A DNA stretch of 40,000 nt from Microcoleus vaginatus GB1-A2 (GCA_040004015.1 JAMPKS010000007.1:79756-119755), one strand, 5' to 3'. Numbered from the stretch's first letter, positions 17,218 through 26,539 are shown. Notes: a model not told the origin generated them from the letters alone. Numbers and translations are program-made.

Positions 17218-17799
17218 TCATAAATCCGGGGGTAAAAGTAAATTATCTACCCGCACAATTACCCCGTTTTTAGCCTCAATAGACGGTTGAACTCCTTTAA
17301 CATTATCATTCATAATCACTCCATCAGGTGCGACGCGAATTTTCACTGTGCCGCCTTCAACTGTTTTAATTTCCCCTTTATTCACATCTTCAGCAGTGAC
17401 ACTGCCAGCAATTAAATGATATTTCAAAACTCTCGCTAATTTCTCCTTGTTTTGCGGCTGGAGTAGCTGACTGTAAACAGCAGCATTTTTACGAAAAGCT
17501 TGATTGGTAGGAGCGAAAATTGTTAAAGGGCGACCTTCTTGTCTGAGCAGATCCGTCAAACCAGCAACAGCCAACACAGAAGCAAGAGTTTGGAATTCGC
17601 TTTCTCTCTTGAGAGTATCTGCAATGTTGCCGCCCGATCGCTGGGGGGAGTCAAGTACGGAAGAGGGCTGAAAAGTGCTCTGGGATTCGCGGTTAGATTG
17701 CGCTAAGACGGGTAAAATCAAGAGACTGCTGAGGCCAAGAATTCCCGCTAGCACCGCCGCGCGATCGCGCCATCCTTGAGAATTGTAAAATTTGCTCAT
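17218..17799 (-). CDS. Secreted fasciclin (FAS1) domain protein
   Basis: It has a signal peptide (AAVLAGILGLSSLLILPVLAQ) and the FAS1 motifs TIFAPTNQAF, VLKYHLIAG and NGVIVRVDNLLLP. Confidence 0.85.
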   Translation of the reverse strand: MSKFYNSQGWRDRAAVLAGILGLSSLLILPVLAQSNRESQSTFQPSSVLDSPQRSGGNIADTLKRESEFQTLASVLAVAGLTDLLRQEGRPLTIFAPTNQAFRKNAAVYSQLLQPQNKEKLARVLKYHLIAGSVTAEDVNKGEIKTVEGGTVKIRVAPDGVIMNDNVKGVQPSIEAKNGVIVRVDNLLLPPDL

Positions 17800-17866
17800 A
17801 ATTTATAAGTGAATTTACAGAAATAACCTACACTCATTATTATAATCCTAAGAATAGAAGCTGCTT

Positions 17867-20401
17867 GTGGCGATCGACTGCCAAACATTTTATACCCGAT
17901 GCCTATTTTTAGCGACTGCAACGCTGCTGCTGTGGGCGTCTCCATCTGGGCAGATATTTTTCTGTCCTCAAATCTCTCTGGCACAAACCCCAACAGTTCG
18001 CGAAACCAACAAATCGAAAGCAGAACAGCTTTATCAAGCAGCTACCGAGCAATTAAATAAAGGTCAACTCCGCCCAGCTTTGAAAACATTCGAGCAGGTT
18101 TTGGCAACTCTCAGGGAAATGAGCGCTCCGCAAGCAGAAGCAGCAACGCTAAACCAAATTGGTTTGGTTTACAACAATCTAGGCGAGTCGCAAAAAGCGC
18201 TCAATTACTATCAGCAAGCCCTGACAATTTTTCAACAGCACCAAGCTCGGAAAGAGCAAGGCACAACCCTGACAAACATAGCAGCAGTTTACCGCAATCT
18301 CGGTCAGTATCAAAAAGCTTTGGAATTTTACCAGCAAGCTTTGGCACTCCGCCGCGCAGTCCAAGATGCGCTCGGTGAAGCGATAACTCTCAATAACATG
18401 GCGGCCGTTTACGACAATCTCGGTCAGTATAAAAAATCTCTGGAATTTTACCAGCAAGCTTTGGCAATTTTTGATAAAGTAAAGGACGGTAGAGGTAAAG
18501 GAACTACTCTCAATAATATTGGCTTGAATTACAGCAATCAAGGTGCATATACCGAAGCTTTATCTTACTACAAACAAGCGCTGGAGATTTTGGAAGCAGC
18601 GGGCGATCGCATGGGAGTAGGTCGAATTTTAACTAATATCGGTTTTGCTTACAGCAATGTCGCTGAATATCAAAAAGCTTTGGCATCTTTAGAACAAGCT
18701 TTGGCAATTCGGCGGGAAATCGGCGATCGCCCCGGAGAAGCTGTCACCCTCGATCGCATGGGAACTGTTCACCGCCAGCAAAAGTCCGATCGAACAGCGC
18801 TGCAATTTTACCAGCAAGCTTTAACCATTTTTCGGGAAGTAAATAACAGCCCAGGTGCCGGCTATACTCTCAGCAATATCGGCGCAACTTTGTTAAAAAG
18901 CGACCGCTTTGAGGAGGCAACAAAGCAATTAATGACCGCAGTGGAAGTTTGGGAATCCCTGCGGCCGGGATTGACTGACGAAAATAAAGTATCCCTGTTT
19001 GAAAAACAAGCTGAAACTTACAGTTTTTTGCAGCAGGCTTTGATTGCTCAAAACCAAATAGAAGCCGCTTTAGAAATTGCGGAAAGAGGCAGGGCGCGAG
19101 CATTTGCCGAGCTGTTGGCTTCTCGAATGGGAACTGAGAATTCAGAACAATTAGCTGTGCCAAAACCGCCAAATTTAGCGCAAATCAGACGGATAGCTGC
19201 GGAGCAAAAAGCGACATTAATTGAATATTCAATTGTTGATGAAAAACTTTATGTCTGGGCGATAGCCCCAAGCGGCGATATTGCTTTCCGCCAAATTGAT
19301 ACCAGCAATTTAGATATTTCCCTGGCTGATGTGGCGAGGAATACGCTAGTAGCTGCTGCTACGGGCAGAACTCGCGGTTCTGCACCGGATGCCCGCGCCG
19401 CAGAAAGTGCAAATAATTCGGCAGGGGTTTCAACTCGAAGACTCAACCGCCGCCTGCATCAAACTTACAAATTATTGATAGAACCGCTCGCCAATATTTT
19501 GCCAAAAAATGAGGGCGACCGGGTAATTTTCATCCCCCAAGGCGTGCTGTTTTTAATTCCATTTGCAGCTTTACAAGATGCAGCGGGCAATTATATAATA
19601 GAAAAACATACTGTCTCAATTGCACCTTCAATTCAAGTATTGGATTTAACTCGCCAGCATCGGCAGCGGCTGCGATCGCACCCGAGTTCGCAGTTATTGG
19701 TAGTCGGAAATCCGACAATGCCCAGCATTCGATCGATCCCGGAGGAGGCGCCGACACCTTTGAGTCCTTTGCCCGGGGCCGAACAGGAAGCGATCGCAAT
19801 TGCGAGAATACTCCAAACGCAAGCTATTGTCGGCAAGGATGCTACAGAAAGGGCGATCGTGCAGAAGATGCCGCAAGCGAGAATCATTCATCTAGCGACT
19901 CACGGATTGCTCAACGAATTGCAAGATATGGATTTGGGAGTACCGGGGGCGATCGCGCTTGCACCCGATCGCACCCCCCCAGCCGGGGCAACCACAGGGG
20001 GATTGCCCCTACATCAAGGGGGGGCTATGACTTCAACTACCGCCGATTCAGGGGGGGGTGCAGGTGACGGTTTGCTGACTTCTGGGGAGATTTTCAACCT
20101 GAAGCTGAACGCGGAATTGGTGGTACTGAGCGCTTGCAATACCGGTAGGGGAACGATTTCGGGAGATGGAGTGCTGGGATTGTCGCGATCGTTTATTGCT
20201 GCGGGAGTTTCCAGTATTGTAGTATCGCTGTGGTTTGTGCCCGACGCACCGACAGCGGATTTGATGACAGAATTTTACCGTCAATTGCAGCCGAATTCCG
20301 ATAAAGCGGCAGCGCTGCGGCAGGCAATGTTAGTGACGATGCGACGGCACCCTCAACCGAGCGATTGGGCGGCTTTTACCTTGATTGGGGAAGCGGATTA
20401 A
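17867..20401 (+). CDS. TPR-repeat CHAT-domain protease with a signal peptide
   Basis: The start is GTG. The N-terminus LFLATATLLLWASP is followed by at least 7 clear 40-aa TPR units (LNNIGLVYNNLGESQKALNYYQQAL type). The CHAT dyad is IIHLATHG and LVVLSACNTGRG, and the C-terminus is DWAAFTLIGEAD. Confidence 0.85.
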   Translation: MAIDCQTFYTRCLFLATATLLLWASPSGQIFFCPQISLAQTPTVRETNKSKAEQLYQAATEQLNKGQLRPALKTFEQVLATLREMSAPQAEAATLNQIGLVYNNLGESQKALNYYQQALTIFQQHQARKEQGTTLTNIAAVYRNLGQYQKALEFYQQALALRRAVQDALGEAITLNNMAAVYDNLGQYKKSLEFYQQALAIFDKVKDGRGKGTTLNNIGLNYSNQGAYTEALSYYKQALEILEAAGDRMGVGRILTNIGFAYSNVAEYQKALASLEQALAIRREIGDRPGEAVTLDRMGTVHRQQKSDRTALQFYQQALTIFREVNNSPGAGYTLSNIGATLLKSDRFEEATKQLMTAVEVWESLRPGLTDENKVSLFEKQAETYSFLQQALIAQNQIEAALEIAERGRARAFAELLASRMGTENSEQLAVPKPPNLAQIRRIAAEQKATLIEYSIVDEKLYVWAIAPSGDIAFRQIDTSNLDISLADVARNTLVAAATGRTRGSAPDARAAESANNSAGVSTRRLNRRLHQTYKLLIEPLANILPKNEGDRVIFIPQGVLFLIPFAALQDAAGNYIIEKHTVSIAPSIQVLDLTRQHRQRLRSHPSSQLLVVGNPTMPSIRSIPEEAPTPLSPLPGAEQEAIAIARILQTQAIVGKDATERAIVQKMPQARIIHLATHGLLNELQDMDLGVPGAIALAPDRTPPAGATTGGLPLHQGGAMTSTTADSGGGAGDGLLTSGEIFNLKLNAELVVLSACNTGRGTISGDGVLGLSRSFIAAGVSSIVVSLWFVPDAPTADLMTEFYRQLQPNSDKAAALRQAMLVTMRRHPQPSDWAAFTLIGEAD

Positions 20402-21030
20402 TTGCGATCGCGCCTTTCAGCATCCAGCAACAATTCGCACTGTTGAAACACGTAATTGATAGCGGCAAATAGTCGATTTAGGTCATCAATCAAGTAAGAC
20501 TGTTTGTTTTTAGTAAAACTATTTGACTTCAGCTTGCCAAACTGCCATACTCCCCCATTCGAGACAATTCCAAATACTTCTTGCTCTGAGTTTTCATTCA
20601 GTCGCTGTGCCGCAATCATTTCAGCCAAACACTGCGCCCATCCATTTTCAAAGTTATCTTGTTTCGCTTCTACTAACAGAAAGTAAGGTTGTTCAAAAAC
20701 GACTTTTCCTAATGAAGAACGTTTAGCTAAAATATATTCAGGAAATCCCGAAAGATATTGGTCGTAGGTGAGAGATTGATGGCTCCACAAAACAAACCCG
20801 CTATAATAGCGCTTCCAAACTTCTTTGAGCACTGGGTAAATTAAATTTTCGCAAATTGCAAATTCCGAATTATCAACAACTCCTTCTCGCATTGTAAATT
20901 CTAAATCTTCTCGAAAATAGTCAGAGACATGAAACTCTGTTTCTACTATAAAATTAGATTCGGTGTAGGTAATTTGAAATTCTTTGAGGACTGAACCGAC
21001 TGTTTTGTAAGCGCTGAAAGGCATAATCAC
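20398..21030 (-). CDS. HsdR_N-like / PD-(D/E)xK restriction-endonuclease-fold protein
   Basis: The 210-aa ORF contains NSEFAICENLIYPVLKEV (an HsdR N-terminal-like helix) and PEYIL...YFLLVEAKQDNFENGWAQCLAEMIAAQRLN (D/E...ExK...Q). It is co-oriented with csx1 and 120 bp downstream of it. Its stop overlaps the convergent CHAT gene stop. Confidence 0.65.
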   Translation of the reverse strand: MIMPFSAYKTVGSVLKEFQITYTESNFIVETEFHVSDYFREDLEFTMREGVVDNSEFAICENLIYPVLKEVWKRYYSGFVLWSHQSLTYDQYLSGFPEYILAKRSSLGKVVFEQPYFLLVEAKQDNFENGWAQCLAEMIAAQRLNENSEQEVFGIVSNGGVWQFGKLKSNSFTKNKQSYLIDDLNRLFAAINYVFQQCELLLDAERRDRN

Positions 21031-21121
21031 TTACCAAGTTTAGGTTGCGTATTTTATTGAGTTGATTTTAGCATGGGGAAAGGAGATGGGGGAGTGGGAA
21101 GGGCGATCGGTTTGACAAAAA

Positions 21122-21153
21122 TTTCTTCTCTAGTCTATTTCTTCTCTAGTCTA
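21122..21153. repeat. Tandem 16-bp duplication (TTTCTTCTCTAGTCTA x2) covering the csx1 stop codon
   Basis: Read directly from the sequence. The second copy contains the TAG stop of csx1 (21151-21153, minus strand). Confidence 0.85.
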
Positions 21154-22416
21154 TTTATCTGGCAATAGTTCCTCACTAATTGTCTTGAATTTAGGAGATA
21201 GTGATAGAACTTTTTTCTTAATACTACCAGCAGTTTGAGGTTGATTATTCATGCCACAATGAGCAATATCATTACGCAACTCTGCCATTTGACTCCAGAC
21301 ACTAGCAAGTTCATTTGCTTGTGGCAAAGCTGCAAACTTTTCATTGCAACGGCTATCAAGAGGAGGGCGAGGATGAGGTCTATTCTGTTCAACTGCATTA
21401 TTTAGAGCAGCTTCTACATACTTGCGACCTCTTGAATAATCGAACATGGGTTCACCAAATCGCAGCGCTAAGATAGAAACTAACCACTCACGTGCTAAAG
21501 TGACGGCTTGTACTAATTGATCTCGGTCAATGTACCATTGAATCATCTGCAATTGTAGCCGCAGATTCTGACTCAATGCTGCTTCATCTTTAGGATTTTC
21601 GAGAGCAAATTGTCCGTACTGTTGAACTACCTTATCTGATAAAAGTGAAAATGGTTTTGCTCTATCGGCAAAACTCGGTGCAGCTTTTTGGAGAATTTCT
21701 TCTAACTTAGTAGCAGATTGCATCGTCTCAATAGGTCTAGTTACACTTAAAGCTAGAGAGATATTCTCAATTGCTTCAACCGAATTCTTAAGATTGTCTC
21801 TAATTTGTCTGCTAGATGGAATCTCGCTTAATTCAAAAGTTGAGGGGATAGCACTTTTAAGTAAATTAGCGAGTTCTCGTCCGTCTCCTATTTTGACAAA
21901 TTGATTAGTGGCTGTAATCCAATCAATCATTGACACAAATTCAGATAGGTCAATGACAGGCGCTGGTACGTTATTTTTGCTGTCGCTTAACTCAGGAGCA
22001 CCATAGTAAATAGCTGCAATTGTTACGTTTTTAGCCGCTTTGAGGTAAGCAGCGAATAAAAAGACGAGAAAAGGGAGCGATCGGAGTCCGTGAGTAATAT
22101 CAAAAATTACGCAATCGTCTTCATCAACATATTGAGTGATGATTTTAAAAGTTTCCCACATTTCCTCCGTAGTTCTACCAGTTGGGATATCAATCGGCTT
22201 GATACGCGCATCTCCTAGTGCTTCTAATAGAGGCCAAGTAGTTGCTTTTGCTTCTTCTGTGACGCACACTAACATAGTGTCATATTCACAAAACTGGTGC
22301 AGTGCTTCAGCAAATACTTGACCCTTGTAGGTGCGATTGCTATGGCTGTAAATAGTTTCTCTTGGATATTTACCTAAAAATGTAATGATTTTTGTAATGA
22401 TTTTTGTTTGACTCAT
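21151..22416 (-). CDS. csx1: CARF-HEPN effector RNase of the Csx1/Csm6 family
   Basis: The N-terminus is CARF-like (ITFLGKYPRETIY...VIFDITHGLRSLPFL). The C-terminal HEPN motif is Rx4H (ELRNDIAHCG). It is the last gene of the type III operon. Confidence 0.75.
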   Translation of the reverse strand: MSQTKIITKIITFLGKYPRETIYSHSNRTYKGQVFAEALHQFCEYDTMLVCVTEEAKATTWPLLEALGDARIKPIDIPTGRTTEEMWETFKIITQYVDEDDCVIFDITHGLRSLPFLVFLFAAYLKAAKNVTIAAIYYGAPELSDSKNNVPAPVIDLSEFVSMIDWITATNQFVKIGDGRELANLLKSAIPSTFELSEIPSSRQIRDNLKNSVEAIENISLALSVTRPIETMQSATKLEEILQKAAPSFADRAKPFSLLSDKVVQQYGQFALENPKDEAALSQNLRLQLQMIQWYIDRDQLVQAVTLAREWLVSILALRFGEPMFDYSRGRKYVEAALNNAVEQNRPHPRPPLDSRCNEKFAALPQANELASVWSQMAELRNDIAHCGMNNQPQTAGSIKKKVLSLSPKFKTISEELLPDK

Positions 22417-22427
22417 TGCTAATCTCC

Positions 22428-23192
22428 TTAATCTAGTTTAACCTTGGTTTGACCCATTCCCAAACGGGTTTTAATTCCCGTACCCGCATACTGACTGTAT
22501 TGAACCAGCAAATTAGCAACATTAGCCAGCAAGGAATCAGTGCGGTAAGGAATTTGCAGCGTTACTTGGCCAACAAACCCGTTTACATATCCTCTCGGCA
22601 ACTGCTGCGATCGCGTTTGAATCTTGTGGTGTTTTAATAAAACAGCCTGACTCAAATAAGCGAGTAATTCATCACTCCCCAAATAAACAGGAGCAAAGTG
22701 ATTCCACCTTTCTAACCAACTGCGAAACATCTGATTGGGAACCGGTAAAGCTAAGTGCGCCGAACCTTGTGCGAAAGCAGTCGGAGTTGTAAATTTAAGG
22801 TCGAAGCGGCGGACGGGTTCTGGTTCATTGGCTACAAGTTCTGTGTAAAGTTGTTCGTAGCTGGTGATTTCATCTTCTCGATTAATTATATCAAATTTAG
22901 CCCCGAGAAATTCGAGAGATGCTGAGAGATTCAAGGAGGCGATCGCTTTTGCAGCATTTTCCTGCAGGCCAGACAAAGACAAGGTATAAAACTCATCTGG
23001 TGTAAACGTCTGAAAATCTTTTGAAACTTGGTAGAAACCCTGAATTCCTGAAAAACTTACAGAAGGTACGGTCTCACTCCCGACTTCTAATCCTAATCGG
23101 CGATGCAACTCCTTCACCAATTCTAAATGGTAAGCGCGCGGCAAAAGAGCGGGTTCGGATACAGTTAATGTCCAGGTAGAACGAATTAGCAT
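22428..23192 (-). CDS. cas6: Cas6 pre-crRNA endoribonuclease
   Basis: The 254-aa ORF has RAMP architecture and a C-terminal glycine-rich loop (YAGTGIKTRLGMGQ). Its start overlaps the csm5 stop. Confidence 0.75.
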   Translation of the reverse strand: MLIRSTWTLTVSEPALLPRAYHLELVKELHRRLGLEVGSETVPSVSFSGIQGFYQVSKDFQTFTPDEFYTLSLSGLQENAAKAIASLNLSASLEFLGAKFDIINREDEITSYEQLYTELVANEPEPVRRFDLKFTTPTAFAQGSAHLALPVPNQMFRSWLERWNHFAPVYLGSDELLAYLSQAVLLKHHKIQTRSQQLPRGYVNGFVGQVTLQIPYRTDSLLANVANLLVQYSQYAGTGIKTRLGMGQTKVKLD

Positions 23193-24472
23193 GGCTTAAA
23201 CTTTACCCATCCAGGTACATATTTGATATCGCCCTTATGATCTACAACAGTCCGCCGCGATTTTGGTGCTTCAAAACCCGGTGCTTTGATTCCGCAAGTA
23301 TCACGGATTTCTTCTATCAATTTCTCATCAAGACATAAACTAACCGTAGTTCCCAACATTCCGCTTGCCCAACCAATCCTTAAGCTATAAGGGCACTCAG
23401 TCGGTTCGTATAGTTCCTGAATATAGCTGAAATTTAAGTCTTTACCTTGAGAGCGATTATTTTTGATATCCTCCCAATAATCATGTTCAGCATCCCATTG
23501 CTCTTGAGCGAAATCTCGACAAATTTTCAGCAGTTCGTCCAGATTTTTAAACGGTATTTTCATCCCTTCGCTGTGACTGAACCATTGTAGCATTTCCGTA
23601 TCCAGACTCAGGGTGAATTCAGTCTGTACGTTGCGAACCATTTCGGCATAAATGGAAGCGCGATATTTGGCTTTATAATCTGGGAAGCGGCTGGAGACAA
23701 TAACTTCAGCAACTATAGGTAAGTTGAAAAATACATTTTTTCCTTGCTTAGTAACTTTTTTGACTTCTAGCAAAGGCTGAGAATCGGTGACTTTAATGGC
23801 TCGCATGAAGTCCGTGTTAGGCCCAATTTTGCTTTTGACCCATCGCCCTTGATATGATAGAGCAAAATCAGTGAATAAACTATCCATGAATAGTTCATCA
23901 TCTAAAAATTTTTGTTTGTGTTTATTTGCGACTTCCCCTCTACCAAGTTTTTCTCGTAATTGGATTTCTATGACACTAAGGCTGGCAGATTCTGGGAGTT
24001 GATATTTGTTTTCATGTTTGAGGAGGTGGTAGGCGATCGCAGTTCTAATTGCCCCTTTAATCGACGAACCGGGAATATACAATTGTCCCATGCCGTTGCG
24101 AATCATCGGACGCAAATCTGTCACCGGATTTTCAGTCCATTTATGACTGACGGCAATTTCAGGAAAAATGCGATCGCCATCTTCACCTGTAGCATTCCAC
24201 CATTGATCGCCCAAGACATCTTCAAGCAATTTAGTAATATTTTTGCGCTCTTCAATAGTACGAATATAATCGTCCAATCGACCCCCTTGATACAGCACTT
24301 TTGCTAAAGCTTCCCGATCTGGGAGATAAACCCTTTTAGATGTCTGGACATATTCAAAAGGATTCAAGCGCGAGACTTCTGAGCCGATATGTAAAATAGG
24401 ACTTGTTAGCTGAATCCGCTTTGATTCGGAAGCTTCAGGTTTTTTGATGGCAAGGTGAGAAGTAGCAGTCAT
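23186..24472 (-). CDS. csm5: Csm5 (Cas7-family RAMP subunit)
   Basis: It contains LTSPILHIGSEV... and YIPGSSIKGAIRTAI. Its size and position after csm4 fit Csm5. Confidence 0.75.
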   Translation of the reverse strand: MTATSHLAIKKPEASESKRIQLTSPILHIGSEVSRLNPFEYVQTSKRVYLPDREALAKVLYQGGRLDDYIRTIEERKNITKLLEDVLGDQWWNATGEDGDRIFPEIAVSHKWTENPVTDLRPMIRNGMGQLYIPGSSIKGAIRTAIAYHLLKHENKYQLPESASLSVIEIQLREKLGRGEVANKHKQKFLDDELFMDSLFTDFALSYQGRWVKSKIGPNTDFMRAIKVTDSQPLLEVKKVTKQGKNVFFNLPIVAEVIVSSRFPDYKAKYRASIYAEMVRNVQTEFTLSLDTEMLQWFSHSEGMKIPFKNLDELLKICRDFAQEQWDAEHDYWEDIKNNRSQGKDLNFSYIQELYEPTECPYSLRIGWASGMLGTTVSLCLDEKLIEEIRDTCGIKAPGFEAPKSRRTVVDHKGDIKYVPGWVKFKPC

Positions 24473-24477
24473 GATAT

Positions 24478-25545
24478 TTATTCACTCTTGACTTTGATAG
24501 GAAGACTCAAACTAATGCCGCTGCGATAAATTGGATGATTCGTAAATCCTAACGGGGTTACATCAGCTAGTTTGCCGATAGGTTCAGAGGAAAAAACAGA
24601 ACCTTCAGCAAACATTCTAATTGACTTGCGACGTAACTGATACCCAGAAGGAGAAGAGGATACCCAACCGCCTCTTTCTATAATTTCATAACTGGCCTTT
24701 TCATCTGCGATCACCTCGTGCAGTTTTTGTTCGTCATTTGTCCAAAACAAACTCAAAAGAGTGTAGTAACTGTTGTCTTTAAAATCTACTACTTGTTGCC
24801 AAGTCGGACATAAAGAATCCCACTTAGCTTTAAACTGTCCGCTTCCGCTAGAACGTTCCCCACCTAAACCTTCATCTCCCAGCCACTTCAAGACAGCTTG
24901 TAGGTCATGTTCCAAGGTTTTATTGACGCAGGGAAAGTGGATGAGAAAATATAAGCCTGAATGGGCTTGGCTATCTTGTTGAAATTGTACGATGCCTGTG
25001 TGATAAAAGTTAGTTGCTCTAGTTACTCTGTCTATCGCGACTTTGGGCAGCGGTCTCTTTTTGTAACAGGTTCCGTAAGCAAATGCTCTCGCTTGATTTA
25101 AGTTTCCCTGACTTTTGCCATCATTAGTATAAGTAATGAGTTCGTCGCTATCTGCAAACCCTTCGCCCTGATACCACCGCTGCCAAATTTCCAAAGGCAA
25201 GTAATTGAGTTTTTTCTTGTAAGTCTTAAAAAAATTCAAATCGTCATCTGGGTAATTCCAGGGAAATCGGAGCGGTTTCGGCAAATAGTAGGTAATTTTA
25301 TCTGCTACTTGCTGATAGATAAAAGTAGAACTGATGCAAAATGGTGGCGGGTTTTCCCGAGCGCAAAACTGTTGCAACAATTCGGAAACTGCCTGAGATC
25401 CAAACATTCGAGCATACACCGCAATCAACGCACTAAATAGCGTATCCGATCGCACTCGTTCGCTAGTTTCCTCAATCCCAATACCTAATTCTCCGAAGTG
25501 TGCAGTCCCTAAAAATTGTAGTCGCACAAGTTTCCAGACGCTCAT
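24478..25545 (-). CDS. csm4: Csm4 (Cas5-family RAMP subunit)
   Basis: It contains LQFLGTAHFGE...VRSDTLFSALI and a glycine loop (GLGGERSSGSGQF). Its start overlaps the csm3 stop (ATGA). Confidence 0.8.
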   Translation of the reverse strand: MSVWKLVRLQFLGTAHFGELGIGIEETSERVRSDTLFSALIAVYARMFGSQAVSELLQQFCARENPPPFCISSTFIYQQVADKITYYLPKPLRFPWNYPDDDLNFFKTYKKKLNYLPLEIWQRWYQGEGFADSDELITYTNDGKSQGNLNQARAFAYGTCYKKRPLPKVAIDRVTRATNFYHTGIVQFQQDSQAHSGLYFLIHFPCVNKTLEHDLQAVLKWLGDEGLGGERSSGSGQFKAKWDSLCPTWQQVVDFKDNSYYTLLSLFWTNDEQKLHEVIADEKASYEIIERGGWVSSSPSGYQLRRKSIRMFAEGSVFSSEPIGKLADVTPLGFTNHPIYRSGISLSLPIKVKSE

Positions 25546-26537
25546 TTTGTTTCTCCGGTCAATTTTTTTTGTTGAATCCTGTCACTCAACGTGCCAAAGT
25601 TTTTGAGAAGTGCTGATGTATCATCTGGTTCCAGGATGGGAGCTCGAAAGTCAACACCATCTTCTGTTATCCGCCGATATTGCTCCAAGTCGCGCCAGAA
25701 ACACTTAAAGTTTTCAAACCGGACTTTTCCGTAACCCCGCGATCCGTGTCCCCCCAAAGCATCATCTTCGAGGAGGGAAAGCCCGATCGCGATATTCTGC
25801 AAATCCTCTATAGCTTGAGTGACATTATCCGCGCGATCGCCATCAGCTTCGACAGTATAAACTAACTCAAACTTGAATTTTGCACCTCTGGGAACTCGTT
25901 CGACTTGGCGGGGATTGGCAGCAGCAGTTACGCGATCAATACCGTTCTCAAATTTCCACTCAGTCATGTAAAGTCCGGTGTCTACTCGCTTAAGTTGCTC
26001 GGCAGATTCAGAGATGAGATGACAATCGCGTACAATTAACCGTGCCGGAGAATTGCGACCTTTTTTCACCAGGCTGTGTACCACACCATTTATAGGGCGA
26101 GTAACAAAACTACCGTTGCTTTCTACTCGCTCCAAACCTTCGGCTTGTGCCCGTGAAGTTTCAACCCAAAAATTAGAGCCGCCAGTAGAGCCAAACAACC
26201 GACTAATAGGACAAGTCAGCGCACCTTGATAACAAATCGGCTGTTGGTTAATTTCACTGTATCCATCCACCAGATCGTCGCTTTCATAACGATAAGTATT
26301 GCTCCCTCCAGCTCGATTCAAAGGTTTATTGTGAAACCGCTCCAAAATAGAGCGCAATTTGCCTTTAATTGAAGAACCGGGAAGGTATGGAAACTGGGTA
26401 ATAGGGTCACGGACAACGGCTTTATCTAGACCGCCGATGTCGAGTTTTTCTCCACCACCCCCAATGTGCATTCCTGTCTCTAATAGCAAGGTGCTTTCTA
26501 GACGAAATTTACCGAGTAGTTGTTTGTGTTGCAGCAT
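25542..26537 (-). CDS. csm3: Csm3 (Cas7 backbone/target RNase subunit), unusually long at 331 aa
   Basis: It contains ETGMHIGGGGEKLDIGGLDKAVVRDPITQFPYLPGSSIKGKLRS (with the catalytic-loop Asp), RLFGSTGG, RLIVRD and GGHGSRGYG. Confidence 0.85.
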   Translation of the reverse strand: MLQHKQLLGKFRLESTLLLETGMHIGGGGEKLDIGGLDKAVVRDPITQFPYLPGSSIKGKLRSILERFHNKPLNRAGGSNTYRYESDDLVDGYSEINQQPICYQGALTCPISRLFGSTGGSNFWVETSRAQAEGLERVESNGSFVTRPINGVVHSLVKKGRNSPARLIVRDCHLISESAEQLKRVDTGLYMTEWKFENGIDRVTAAANPRQVERVPRGAKFKFELVYTVEADGDRADNVTQAIEDLQNIAIGLSLLEDDALGGHGSRGYGKVRFENFKCFWRDLEQYRRITEDGVDFRAPILEPDDTSALLKNFGTLSDRIQQKKLTGETK

Positions 26538-26539
26538 GA

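Noticed and set aside
14033-20401. TPR-CHAT proteins as Csx29/Craspase-like partners of the neighbouring type III system
   Set aside because: Both carry N-terminal export signals or anchors, which predicts an extracytoplasmic location. No Cas7-11/gRAMP or SAVED/CARF sensor is fused or adjacent. TPR-CHAT genes are very abundant in filamentous cyanobacteria, and their context here is a TpsA/fasciclin envelope cluster. Proximity to the cas genes is most likely coincidental.
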